This document shows positions 18,092 through 27,619 of a DNA stretch of 54,277 bases, piece after piece; position 1 is the first letter of the stretch, and every line of letters starts with the position of its first letter. Under the pieces are notes generated by a model. That model made no database searches and was not told the origin of the DNA. It was given only the letters and a program-made list of their open reading frames with translations. Location of the stretch: IMG/VR virus record IMGVR_UViG_3300028025_005704, positions 1 through 54,277 of that record, one strand, 5' to 3'. The stretch comes from a virus (taxonomy: Duplodnaviria > Caudoviricetes). The translations under genes were made by a program, and so were the position numbers.

Positions 18092-18313
18092 TTACTCACC
18101 GGTAAGCGCCTTGTTGTGCTCGGCTACTAGTTTGGTTAACTGCTCGCACGCCTCGTCATAGAAAGCCTCGTGTTCTGAAACGTCTTCCCACTCCTCGGTG
18201 GTTTCATTCCAGATTGGCGACTCATCGTAATTGATGCTGATGTCGTGGTCGAGATACATGGTGCCGTCATCATTTACTGCTACGGCAAAGTAGGCCTGCT
18301 TAGTCGCCATCAC
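18092..18313 (-). CDS. Hypothetical protein
   Basis: ORF track; GGAG RBS. Confidence 0.5.
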   Translation of the reverse strand: MMATKQAYFAVAVNDDGTMYLDHDISINYDESPIWNETTEEWEDVSEHEAFYDEACEQLTKLVAEHNKALTGE

Positions 18314-18531
18314 TCCACCCCGTATGACTCGCAGATTTCCGCAACAGCGTCATCTAGCGCATTGATAAGGAGGCTGAGTTCGTGTTCATTCAAATCCGCA
18401 GTCATTTCAGTGGTGACTGCAGATGTCCAAATAATGTTTTCCATAGTTCTAGCATAGCACGCCGCGAGAGTTTGTCAAGCCGGCCGCGACATCAAATGAA
18501 CTTTTTCGTTGGAAGTTTGCATCCTCGGTTA

Positions 18532-18840
18532 TCAACTCCGTTGTGGAAGTTTCTTTTTGCTGACGGCAACTTTGATCGAAGCTTTGATATTCGTTAGAAG
18601 TTGATATGGAGTCATCCGATCTTCTCCGGGGAGGGCACCGTATTTGTGCAGGAGTTTAAGGAGCAGGCCTGCAATGAACAAATCGTCTTGCCAGGCAAAC
18701 CAAGGTAACAACACATCCCACGGGTCAATCGGCATAGCTAAGTACAGGAGGCAGATCCAAACCAGGATCTTGATTCGAAGTGGGCTTCGTTTGAACTGCT
18801 CGACGTAAGGGCGCAGGCCGTCTTTGACTCTAGTCCTCAT
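18532..18840 (-). CDS. DUF1232/YkvA-like membrane protein
   Basis: LYLAMPID...P...W.DD motif; start re-assigned to MRTRV. Confidence 0.6.
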   Translation of the reverse strand: MRTRVKDGLRPYVEQFKRSPLRIKILVWICLLYLAMPIDPWDVLLPWFAWQDDLFIAGLLLKLLHKYGALPGEDRMTPYQLLTNIKASIKVAVSKKKLPQRS

Positions 18841-19537
18841 TGCCTCGCCCGTTGCGAGTTCCATCGCGGCGGAGGCCCTGTTCGTTGTAAGTTGATACGA
18901 AGGACGGAAGCACGTAACGCTGCGGTCCAGCAAGTGGTGGCTTCACTCCGTGAGGATAATCCTCAGTAGCTGCGAAGAACATCATCGCACCAGCTGGTAC
19001 CCGTAGCTCAAGGTTCCTTGTTGGGAAGATGAGCTCGCCACCGTTGTAATCATCATTGATGTAGATGATCCCCGCATATGCTACGTAAGGATCCGTGTAG
19101 TTATCGACATGAACCCGTAGCTCAGCTCCCTCGTACTGGCGCTGGATAGTACCCAGGCCGTTGTAGTACAGGTGGGGGTAGGGGCGGAGAATGTCTTCAA
19201 CCTGCTTATTGGTTTTATCTGTGATATCACGAACCGTCTGAAGATGGAGGTTCTTATCCGCCCAGTCCCACGTGATCTCGAGCTTGCCGTCTTTGTTCAG
19301 CTGCTCAATGTCGCGCGTGCCGTGCTCCCGTTCAGCGTGGTCGCGGAGGTGGTCCATGTAGTGACCAAGCCATTGCTCATCCGTGTAAGTAACAACCTCG
19401 TCCAAGATCGACTTACGGTCTTCAGCTGTGATGAAGTCTCTTACTAGGAAGATGTGCTCGTCTAGATCTTCAGCTACCCAGCCCTCTCGTTCGAAGTCCG
19501 CTTTGGTAACTGAGAGCATTTCCTCTTTAGTCAACAT
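18830..19537 (-). CDS. Fe(II)/2OG dioxygenase (P4H-like)
   Basis: HVD...YINDDYNGGEL.F...HGV...RY. Confidence 0.9.
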   Translation of the reverse strand: MLTKEEMLSVTKADFEREGWVAEDLDEHIFLVRDFITAEDRKSILDEVVTYTDEQWLGHYMDHLRDHAEREHGTRDIEQLNKDGKLEITWDWADKNLHLQTVRDITDKTNKQVEDILRPYPHLYYNGLGTIQRQYEGAELRVHVDNYTDPYVAYAGIIYINDDYNGGELIFPTRNLELRVPAGAMMFFAATEDYPHGVKPPLAGPQRYVLPSFVSTYNEQGLRRDGTRNGRGNED

Positions 19538-20204
19538 GATTCTCCTGGTTTGTTTGAATGAACGACGGTAGCACATATCTGGTGGGTCCTACCCCTACAG
19601 AATGCACGCCGTGTTTATATTCGGAAGTTGTTGGGAAGATCACCAAAGATCCGGCCGGCGGCTTAACTTTCAACGAACGTGTTGGGAAGTACAGCTGGCC
19701 TTCAGTGTAGTCATCGTTCAAGTAAAAGATTACCGCATATACAACCGCGGGTTCAGAATCACCGTCCGTGTGAAGTTTGAGCTCGATGCCAGGGAACTGC
19801 CGCTGTGCATTGCCTAGCCCGCGGAACTGCAGCTGCGGGTAACTTTCAATGAGCGCTGAGATCTGGTCATTGATCCTACATGTGAGCTCTGTGTTCTGAA
19901 CAGTGATGTTCTTATCGGCCCACGCCGTGTCCAGGGTGAAGACGCCTTCCTCGAGGAGCTCTTCCATCGAACGACCGAACTGTCTTAGGGAGTACTCCCG
20001 CATGCTTTCAATGTAACTGCGGCTCCAGTCTTCCTCCGAATAGCTCTGCAGTTCTTTTAAGATCTCACCGCATTCGTTTGAAGTTAGTACATCCCGTACC
20101 AGGAAGATCTGTTCATCGAGTACCTCGGGCACCCAACCCACCCGTGCGAAATCTGAAAGCTGCAACATGTTTTGAATCATAGCATGTCCGTTACTCGATT
20201 GCAA
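19527..20204 (-). CDS. Fe(II)/2OG dioxygenase (P4H-like), tandem paralog
   Basis: HTD...YLNDDYTEGQL.F...HGV...RY. Confidence 0.9.
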   Translation of the reverse strand: MQSSNGHAMIQNMLQLSDFARVGWVPEVLDEQIFLVRDVLTSNECGEILKELQSYSEEDWSRSYIESMREYSLRQFGRSMEELLEEGVFTLDTAWADKNITVQNTELTCRINDQISALIESYPQLQFRGLGNAQRQFPGIELKLHTDGDSEPAVVYAVIFYLNDDYTEGQLYFPTRSLKVKPPAGSLVIFPTTSEYKHGVHSVGVGPTRYVLPSFIQTNQENHVD

Positions 20205-21009
20205 ATAGCTTTGTAATTGCGGCGAGTCTCTTTAAAGAATTCAGATCTGGATCACCGGTAGCTTCAGCTCCGACTCGACCAATGCTTCGTTGGAAGTTAG
20301 CGAAGGCAGCTGCTGTAGCTCCATCCCACTTCCCACGTTCGCAGTTAGTTAGATCCGTTACTTGTGACAGCGCTAGCTGAACAAGTTCGATTGAGCGGTT
20401 GCGGGTGTTACCGCGGATCATCTTTAAATGAACGGCTTCTTGATTGCTCGCCGCTTCTTCGATCTGACTGAGCTCGATCCTTCCTGGTAGCTTACCGGTT
20501 AACTTCCGATAAAGCTTCGTGAGAAGATGCTCGCCGTTACCAGGTCTGCAGAAGATCACCGCATCTGTGATGTAACGGATCTTCTGATGCACGCCGTCTT
20601 TTTGTTGGTGGGAAGTTGTGCCCGTCGTGTTACCCTCGATGGTCAGGAAGCGTCCGTTCGTTTTAAGTTCGCGGACGTCAATGACGATCCCACAGTGTGG
20701 GGCGCTAAACGCGCTCGCCGAGTATGTGGAAGTTGATGAGAAGTTAAAGATGGCAATGTCCCCTGGTCGAGGGGTCCGTGAGATGTTACCGCGTCGGATA
20801 GCTTCTGACAAACCAGCAGGGCTATATGTGAAGCTTGGTAAATCCACGCCGCTATCGCGGGCAACCACATCAATGAATGCCCCGCTCCAAACTGTGGCGT
20901 CATATCCTACGCGCTCGCCGAATGCATTACGGCCGAGCAGATCCGATGTGTATCCGATGTGCTTCCGTGCGTTGTTGATAAACGCGGTGATGGTTGGTGA
21001 AGTCTTCAT
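20191..21009 (-). CDS. CHAP-fold protein with C-terminal peptidoglycan-binding domain (Cys to Ser)
   Basis: ARKHIGY, WSGAF (normally WCxxF), PRPGDIAIF, HCGIV, TIEGNT; C-terminal G.WD..T..A...FQ. Confidence 0.75.
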   Translation of the reverse strand: MKTSPTITAFINNARKHIGYTSDLLGRNAFGERVGYDATVWSGAFIDVVARDSGVDLPSFTYSPAGLSEAIRRGNISRTPRPGDIAIFNFSSTSTYSASAFSAPHCGIVIDVRELKTNGRFLTIEGNTTGTTSHQQKDGVHQKIRYITDAVIFCRPGNGEHLLTKLYRKLTGKLPGRIELSQIEEAASNQEAVHLKMIRGNTRNRSIELVQLALSQVTDLTNCERGKWDGATAAAFANFQRSIGRVGAEATGDPDLNSLKRLAAITKLFAIE

Positions 21010-21082
21010 GGGCTAATCCTATCACGGGTAGCAGATAAAGTCAATCTGACTATAAGTGCGGGTAACTAGTGCAGGCCGTTTG

Positions 21083-21274
21083 CTAGCTGTCCGTTGGAAG
21101 TTCGTAGATGCCCGTCAGCTCCCTGACCTGCTCAAGCAGGTGGGCAGCTTCCTGAGCTAGGGAGGAGATCCGTATGTGCTCGATCCGTGTACCTGCGTTT
21201 TCAATGTCCGCTTTAAGGTTCGCGTACAAGTTGCTCGCCGCTGTTACTAAGTCCAGCTTTTGCTCTTCAGTCAT
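21083..21274 (-). CDS. Hypothetical protein
   Basis: Overlap-coupled to the upstream gene. Confidence 0.55.
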   Translation of the reverse strand: MTEEQKLDLVTAASNLYANLKADIENAGTRIEHIRISSLAQEAAHLLEQVRELTGIYELPTDS

Positions 21275-22253
21275 TGTCTGTGGGTTCTTCCTTGGTTACA
21301 ACTTGCTCGCCGTCACTATCAGGAACAACTTCAGCGTCAATGATTTCTTTATCGGGTTCTACGTGCAAACCAGCTTCGGCTAGTCTAGCAGCTGTTGAGA
21401 TGGCACCTTGGGCCAAACGTTCTAACCGCTCTGCAATAACACTAGCTGCAGGCCGTACATCAACATTAACTGTTGAGTCGATCTCGATTCCTCCGCGGAC
21501 GCCCGCTCGATCTAGGATCTCCGTTGCAGCTTTAAGCTTCACCGGTTCTGACTCCGCGTTCTCCATTAGATCTTCCAGCATGTCAACCGCGTAAGGAGCT
21601 GCCTGGGTTAACTTCGCACGAGCTCGTTCGATGTCATCGGAGGTTTTCTTCTGGACAGATCGGAGGTGGATACGGCACAGGCCGTCATCCTTTGGACGCC
21701 CCGATCCCCACAACATACAACGAATACCGTCGTCCTTGATGTGACGGCAACGGTGAGGTTGAGCTAGAGGTTGACGCTTTGGGTTAAGCTGGCCCGTTTC
21801 CTGTTCCTTGAGGTAGAGGCGGGTACTGTGTATTACCCAAGGTGGTACCAGGTAGTCCGTTGCTTCTTCGGCTAATAGATCCAGGCCTGTAATGAAATCT
21901 GAGTTGTTGTCCGTTGGAACCATGAGGAGGGGGCGCTTCTCCGCAAGGGATTGTAAGCGACGTTCCAACCGTGACTCTGCGCTTCGTGCGTAGATAAGAC
22001 CGGTGGCTTGTCCCGTTGTTGAGTAGACGGGATCCCAGGACATACGAGCTTTGCGAAGTATACCACGGTTAATGTAATTATCCTCGCAGATGCCCCTATC
22101 TACTTCCTCGATACCAAGGGTAGCTAAGTCGGGGCGGAGGTCGATAGGTTCATCAACTTGATGCTGGCCGTTATCCTCTTCTTCGTTAGAAGTTGAGAAG
22201 AGCTCTGTTCCTGCTGTCATTATCTCTCCGTTAGAAGTTCGTTCGAAGTTCAT
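21267..22253 (-). CDS. Putative terminase small subunit
   Basis: C-x-C-x-C-x-H Zn knuckle, ARAKL..AA..A...L..L, KLKAATEILDRAG and IIDAEVV tail, as in actinophage TerS-like proteins; start may be 22220. Confidence 0.55.
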   Translation of the reverse strand: MNFERTSNGEIMTAGTELFSTSNEEEDNGQHQVDEPIDLRPDLATLGIEEVDRGICEDNYINRGILRKARMSWDPVYSTTGQATGLIYARSAESRLERRLQSLAEKRPLLMVPTDNNSDFITGLDLLAEEATDYLVPPWVIHSTRLYLKEQETGQLNPKRQPLAQPHRCRHIKDDGIRCMLWGSGRPKDDGLCRIHLRSVQKKTSDDIERARAKLTQAAPYAVDMLEDLMENAESEPVKLKAATEILDRAGVRGGIEIDSTVNVDVRPAASVIAERLERLAQGAISTAARLAEAGLHVEPDKEIIDAEVVPDSDGEQVVTKEEPTDND

Positions 22254-22482
22254 TGATGTTCGTTCTAAGTTAGTTACTAAGTGCTCGCCGTACCTGTGGA
22301 TAACTTAGGTGACGATGGCCTAAAGTACCGGGGAGAGGGCTTGACTCCAGACCACCGTCCTATTAATTTTACCCGACGTTCCTATGGTTGATTAATCCTC
22401 GGACGAATTTTTTGGGTGAGGTGAGGGTGAGAGAAGGGGTTTGCCCTTTGCATTAACAACGAACGGGTTTAAGCCGTCCCTG

Positions 22483-22755
22483 CTATTCGGAAATAGTCTT
22501 GTATGTCTTGCCGTTGTGTTCGCCACTTAACAGTTTAAATCTGCCATTCTCACGGAAGAATCGACCAGAATGGTCCTTGCCCCATTGGGATCTGCTGTTC
22601 TGTTTTACCATCTGGGCTTGCTTAACTTCACTCAAGTAGACGTACCCTGGGTGGGCAAGTCTTAGAGTGCCGTCCTCAATCCAGTTATACAAAGTCTTGT
22701 ATGTAAGCCCCATTGTGTCGGCAGCTACGATGATCTTGACCATCTTCTCGCTCAT
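22483..22755 (-). CDS. HTH DNA-binding protein
   Basis: AADTMGLTYKTLYNWIEDGTL. Confidence 0.65.
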   Translation of the reverse strand: MSEKMVKIIVAADTMGLTYKTLYNWIEDGTLRLAHPGYVYLSEVKQAQMVKQNSRSQWGKDHSGRFFRENGRFKLLSGEHNGKTYKTISE

Positions 22756-22767
22756 TGAGAATCTCCC

Positions 22768-23223
22768 TTAAATCGCTGTCCACCATCCGCGGTGGTTTCG
22801 TTTTATGGTACCAGCTTGAAGTCTAGTTTTTGTCAATTCCCACGAATGAGTCAACCGTTCTTTTACTAGCGCAGGTTGGGCTAGAATCTCTTCTCGGTCT
22901 ACTAAGTAGTTTCTTTTGTTACCTAGAACAAAATGTTGTTTAATATACCCCATCTTGATGTAATAAGAAATCTGCCTGGGTGTTACATGGATGAGCTTGG
23001 CTGCTTCATTTGTAGTGATCAGATTGGCCGATGTATCTTTCATTAAAAGTTCTCGCTTAGATTTGCCAGCTAGGCTTTTGACTTGATATAGGTCTACCAA
23101 ATATTGGCGAGACTTACCTGCTACTGGATACTTAGTCAGCCGTCCGTCTCTAGCCCAATAGGTGAGGATTCCCTCGGACATAAAGATTGCTTTAGCTGCT
23201 TCTTTGCGAGTCACTAGTTTCAT
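22768..23223 (-). CDS. Tandem MerR-like HTH protein (paralog of 17666..18076)
   Basis: LVTRKEAA...YWARDGRLTKYP and LITTNEAAKLIHVTPRQISYY...YLVDREE. Confidence 0.75.
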   Translation of the reverse strand: MKLVTRKEAAKAIFMSEGILTYWARDGRLTKYPVAGKSRQYLVDLYQVKSLAGKSKRELLMKDTSANLITTNEAAKLIHVTPRQISYYIKMGYIKQHFVLGNKRNYLVDREEILAQPALVKERLTHSWELTKTRLQAGTIKRNHRGWWTAI

Positions 23224-23340
23224 TTCGCCAGTATAAAGAAAAAAGATCCCAGACGCAAATCCGAGATCTTTTATTCTCCTAAGCACAAGCCTTATGAAGA
23301 GCTTAGGATTTGCCACCCTAGGTTAAGTGGCAATCGCCAC

Positions 23341-23595
23341 CTACTTATTTTTCGGTGTCGACTTTTTTGCTGGAGCCTTAGCTGGAGCTTTCTTAACAGG
23401 AGCCTTCTTTGCTGGGGCCTTCTTGTTTTCCGCATCCTTTGAAGGCTTGCTCTTTGAAGCTGCCTTCTGCTTCTTGACTACTGCCTTAGCGTACTCGCTA
23501 GGGATAGTCGTTGGCTTGTCGTCGGTAGTGGCTTTGATCAGTTCAATCTTGACTGGCTCAGCCTTCTTCTTAAAAATCTTACTAAAGATTCCCAT
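23341..23595 (-). CDS. Small basic protein with histone H1-like PAKK repeats
   Basis: KKAPAKKAPVKKAPAKAPAKKSTPK. Confidence 0.65.
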   Translation of the reverse strand: MGIFSKIFKKKAEPVKIELIKATTDDKPTTIPSEYAKAVVKKQKAASKSKPSKDAENKKAPAKKAPVKKAPAKAPAKKSTPKNK

Positions 23596-23772
23596 CTTTG
23601 TCCTTCCATTTCCAGACGTCCTCGAGTTGATCTACATCAACAATCGGATCAATCTTATTAATAATTTCCCAAACGTACTCCGTTAGGGTATCTGCTACTC
23701 GTACATCAAGAACATCATAATCTACGAGAATCTGTAAGTGGGCTTCAATCTGACGCCCTGCTTCTTCTTTCA

Positions 23773-24432
23773 TCATACCTGGTAAATCGCTTCCTTGTGG
23801 TGTAGCACTTTCACATTTGGATCGACCATAATCCTGAACCCTGCAGCTCTTGCATGGTTGCACCAAGAGTAGTCTTCTCCAACATTGGTATCAAAATCAT
23901 AGCCGTCCCAACGGATCTTGTCAATACCAAACCAGGGTCTAGGGATTTTTTCAAACACACCAGACTTCATAGCAACAAAACCGAACCCGACTCCCAGTAC
24001 TTCGAAGTGGTCAAACCAAAGCATGAACTCCGTCTTGTTCACCTTACGAGGCTTTCCGTTATCATCTGCCATTGCTAAAGCAACAGTGCCATTTGGGTTG
24101 GTCTGATACACCCCACTAGTCACATCGAACGGAGATTCGAGGATTGCTTTAAAATCCTCAAGGTTCCATTGGATATCCGAGTCAATCCAGAAGATGGTCC
24201 CGTAAGTGAACTCCCCACTACCGACCTCATTAGTGTCCCAGTTATGGACGAAGGTATTAGTAGCCGTTAGCTCTCTACCGCTAGGGATGAATGAACTTTG
24301 CTTTCCCAAGAACTTGTAGGTCTTACCCTGCTCAGAAAGCCAAGCAAGCGTCTCAAACAAACTTTCAACATACTCAGCATGCATGAGCTTTCCAGGTGTA
24401 GCAATCAGCACGTCATAGTGTGGCTTCGTCAT
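23773..24432 (-). CDS. GT-A fold glycosyltransferase
   Basis: VLIATP, WIDSDI (DxD), GFGFV, GEDYSWC, HHK. Confidence 0.8.
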   Translation of the reverse strand: MTKPHYDVLIATPGKLMHAEYVESLFETLAWLSEQGKTYKFLGKQSSFIPSGRELTATNTFVHNWDTNEVGSGEFTYGTIFWIDSDIQWNLEDFKAILESPFDVTSGVYQTNPNGTVALAMADDNGKPRKVNKTEFMLWFDHFEVLGVGFGFVAMKSGVFEKIPRPWFGIDKIRWDGYDFDTNVGEDYSWCNHARAAGFRIMVDPNVKVLHHKEAIYQV

Positions 24433-24570
24433 TTACTTCTTCCGTCTCAGTTGTAGAGCATTCCTCGCATGGGCAATACCAGATAGTGTCATAGTGCTTA
24501 ATCTGTTTTACGCAACCGTCATGGAATCCATCCATGCACCATCCGCAAGGTGTAGCCTCGGACTTAGCCA

Positions 24571-25086
24571 CTAACGGACTCTACGACATTCTGCACATAG
24601 CCACTTGTTAATACCCTTATCCTCGTAAAGGATCACTCCCCGTTCACTCACTGGGCATGGGCTTAGATCAACCGTTGACCCACATGGCTCACACTTGGGT
24701 GTCCCAATCCACTGGAGCATCTGCCCAGCTTTCTCGGCGTCTCGAATACCTTGAGCCAAAGCATGTTGTGGTCCAGGGCCAGTTGTCTTACGTAAGAAGA
24801 TCCGGGTATCCTGAGCTACCAGAACTAGATCCTTTTTCACACACTTACAGTTCTGCTTGTTGGCAGTACAGTATTGCTCTCCTGACGCAGATGAGTCATG
24901 AAACCCATCAGCATGTCCGCACATACAGATCGACTTGCTCTTAGCCTTAGACTTCTTGGCTTCTTCTAAAACATCTTCAACTTCATCTACCGAGAAGTCA
25001 AAAGCTGCAAACAGACTTTCATTCTTAATTTCTTCCATAGTCACATCTTCCCGGCTTGACATTTGATTTGTCAAGTCCTTTTCCAT
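24571..25086 (-). CDS. Cys/His-rich Zn-binding protein
   Basis: CMCGH..FH....C......CKC; CEPC...CAEC. Confidence 0.6.
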   Translation of the reverse strand: MEKDLTNQMSSREDVTMEEIKNESLFAAFDFSVDEVEDVLEEAKKSKAKSKSICMCGHADGFHDSSASGEQYCTANKQNCKCVKKDLVLVAQDTRIFLRKTTGPGPQHALAQGIRDAEKAGQMLQWIGTPKCEPCGSTVDLSPCPVSERGVILYEDKGINKWLCAECRRVR

Positions 25087-25109
25087 AAAATTGATTCTAG
25101 CATAAAAAA

Positions 25110-25440
25110 CATACCTATATTGCCTATAAAGCTATTTAACCTATTTAACTTAGATTTACTAAAGGAATAGAGCGTACACATACACGCGTAATAGTAAATC
25201 AATCAAATAGGTTAAATAGATATAGTAGTACCATGTATTATCAGATTTTTAATCTTTTCAAAAACTTTTTTTCTTGATAATAACCACCAAAGTATTATCC
25301 AATTTTTACCCACAAAGATCATCTTTTACCGATAATACTTTTTCTTGACATTCCCTAAAATCTCTGCTACCATTCACCTTCACTATGGTATACTTGACCT
25401 AGCTATATAACCTATCTAACTTAATTTACTACGAGAAAAA
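25110..25440. other. AT-rich non-coding locus with direct and inverted 30-bp repeats (candidate replication origin)
   Basis: GCTATTTAACCTATTTAACTTAGATTTACTA at 25131, inverted copy at 25192-25219, direct copy at 25402-25431. Confidence 0.5.
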
Positions 25441-25487
25441 TCTACAGGATTTCACACCATTCTCTTAGCAAAATAAATCCAATAGCT

Positions 25488-26273
25488 CTATAGGTTATCC
25501 ATTTTCTTCTGGTGATCTAGGTAGGGGCATCCAAAAGCATGCTCTCCATTAAAGTATTTTCTGCCAACAGAATTATTCTTATCTAGGTCATCAGAGTTTC
25601 TCTGTCTAACCAGCTCGGCTTGATCCTCAAATTCATTTAGTAAGACCTGCTCAGAGAAGTAGTCCGACGCAGGGGCAAGTTCAAAGCTGTCCACATAGTA
25701 TCTAGGGATAGGGATAAAAGCAGCTAGGGCATCACCTTTTTTGAAGCTGACCGTTCTGTTAGGGTCCGTAAGCTTAAGGTTGAAAGTAAAGTCTCTCCGC
25801 AGCTGGTCCGTTTCCACGACTCCGGTCATAGCCACCACGCCAGGGATAAACAGGTTAGGCGGTTGTATGGTCATCAAGTTAACCCCAAGAGGAGTCTTAA
25901 AGTAAAACGCATGCGAGACCGTTAGGATCCCGTGGCCAAAGTGGCTCTCTATTGTCTGAACCTGCTTCTGATCCTTGTTCCCAAATACAAGTTCTATATC
26001 ACCAGCATGACCAGTTTCACCATTCCAAGTAGCATCAAAGTCATATCTCGAGTGAATAGTAAACCCATACTGATTGCCAATATTCAAAGGCAGGCAGTAG
26101 TAGAAGTTCTTACTAAACCAGTCTCTTTTGATGTTACCTTTTAGTGATTGGACAATCTCCATGAAGTCAGGGATATGCTCTTTTTCTTTAAGCCTCAAAT
26201 AAGGTACAAGTAGTATTTTGCCTTCAGGCACTTCTTCACCAGGGTCATTAATGTATTTTTTATTAGGATTCAT
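25488..26273 (-). CDS. DUF6065-like protein
   Basis: YYCLPLNIGNQYGF, PPN...PG....TGVVETD, FTFN motifs; coupled to an oxygenase gene. Confidence 0.6.
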   Translation of the reverse strand: MNPNKKYINDPGEEVPEGKILLVPYLRLKEKEHIPDFMEIVQSLKGNIKRDWFSKNFYYCLPLNIGNQYGFTIHSRYDFDATWNGETGHAGDIELVFGNKDQKQVQTIESHFGHGILTVSHAFYFKTPLGVNLMTIQPPNLFIPGVVAMTGVVETDQLRRDFTFNLKLTDPNRTVSFKKGDALAAFIPIPRYYVDSFELAPASDYFSEQVLLNEFEDQAELVRQRNSDDLDKNNSVGRKYFNGEHAFGCPYLDHQKKMDNL

Positions 26274-26883
26274 ATTTTGAAATCCAATCATCAAAGTAGC
26301 TAACATCTTGCGTCCAGAAGGACGAGAGGGTGTACCTTGTTCCGTCTTTAGCTGCCTTCACCCCGTGGCGGTGGCTTTGATCTCCAGGGTGTATGACCAG
26401 CCTACCAGCCTTAGGTTTGACCTCGACATCGTGGTTAGGGTAGTAAGTATGCCCACCCTCAAAGTTATCATTCAGATACACCACAATCCCGAACTCCCTA
26501 TGATGGAACCACTCCGAACCCTCTCCGCTGGAGTCAGTCATGTCATCTACATGAGGGTTTAGGCCAATACCAGGGAACCACCTAATAATAGAAAGATGGT
26601 CAGGATAGACCTTCTCCACTTCGAACGAACGCTCTATCTCTATACCGATTCGATCCCTGATAGCTAGAAGCTTAGCCCCCATGTTTTTGCTAAGTTTTTG
26701 ATAAACGTACTCATCGCTCAGTGTCCGATTATCCCAGAACCCCTGAGACCCAGACACCCTATCCCACTCAGAAACCGACGTGACAAAGGCCAATATGTCC
26801 TGACATTCTTTAGGGGTCAAGAAGTCATCTACAATTTTTGCCCTGAAATTGCCCTTGTAGGTAGCGGTCTCCTCGGTATTCAT
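26263..26883 (-). CDS. Fe(II)/2OG dioxygenase (P4H-like)
   Basis: HVD...YLNDNFEGG...HGV...RY. Confidence 0.9.
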   Translation of the reverse strand: MNTEETATYKGNFRAKIVDDFLTPKECQDILAFVTSVSEWDRVSGSQGFWDNRTLSDEYVYQKLSKNMGAKLLAIRDRIGIEIERSFEVEKVYPDHLSIIRWFPGIGLNPHVDDMTDSSGEGSEWFHHREFGIVVYLNDNFEGGHTYYPNHDVEVKPKAGRLVIHPGDQSHRHGVKAAKDGTRYTLSSFWTQDVSYFDDWISKYES

Positions 26884-27053
26884 AAGATTAATTCTACAGG
26901 CTAGGGACCAAGAACCTGTAAAGTAACTTCCAACGAACCTTCAAACCAACATTCGTTCGAAGTTTGGTAACGAATTTATAACGCTTATGCTTGTTTATCC
27001 TGCACACCCTGCACAGATAAATAAACCCCCACCCACAGCCGTACAATAGTTCC

Positions 27054-27302
27054 ATGGAACGCTACGGCATATCGACCCCTGATACCAGGGATCCGCTTCA
27101 ACGCGCACTAGAGCGTATTGAACTATGTACTTATGCCATCCAAGAAGCTCACTATGAAATAGAGCAACCTCACGATCCAGAGCGCAAAGCAGACTTGCTT
27201 ATTGCTGTAGAGAACATGGCGTTCGAAGCAATGGATCTACTGCACACAACGAAATTACTTGTGTGGGGTCCAGAGGACGAAGAGGGAAAAGAAGAAGACT
27301 AG
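27054..27302 (+). CDS. Hypothetical protein
   Basis: TACAAT-N6-ATG leaderless start. Confidence 0.6.
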   Translation: MERYGISTPDTRDPLQRALERIELCTYAIQEAHYEIEQPHDPERKADLLIAVENMAFEAMDLLHTTKLLVWGPEDEEGKEED

Positions 27303-27619
27303 CGGTGGAATCTAGGGGGGAATACCGCTTTTATAATCTGCCTCTGCCCCGCAGGAGTCTGACGCATGTCTCTAATAGACGGCATCAAAGCAAACCAGAT
27401 ATAAATTCCTACCCCAATAAAAAATAAAAGCACAAGTATGCCTATTACTAATAGCCAAACACTTGTAGTTTCCATAGATACATTATAGTCCCCGCCGTAT
27501 ATTCCTGATAAAATAGATGCAGGGAGAGACTTCTCTAGCGCCAGCGAGTCTCATGTACAACACAGACAAGAAAAAAGGACTGCCCTTTAGGACAGCCCTT
27601 TATTTCGTCACGCCAGCCA

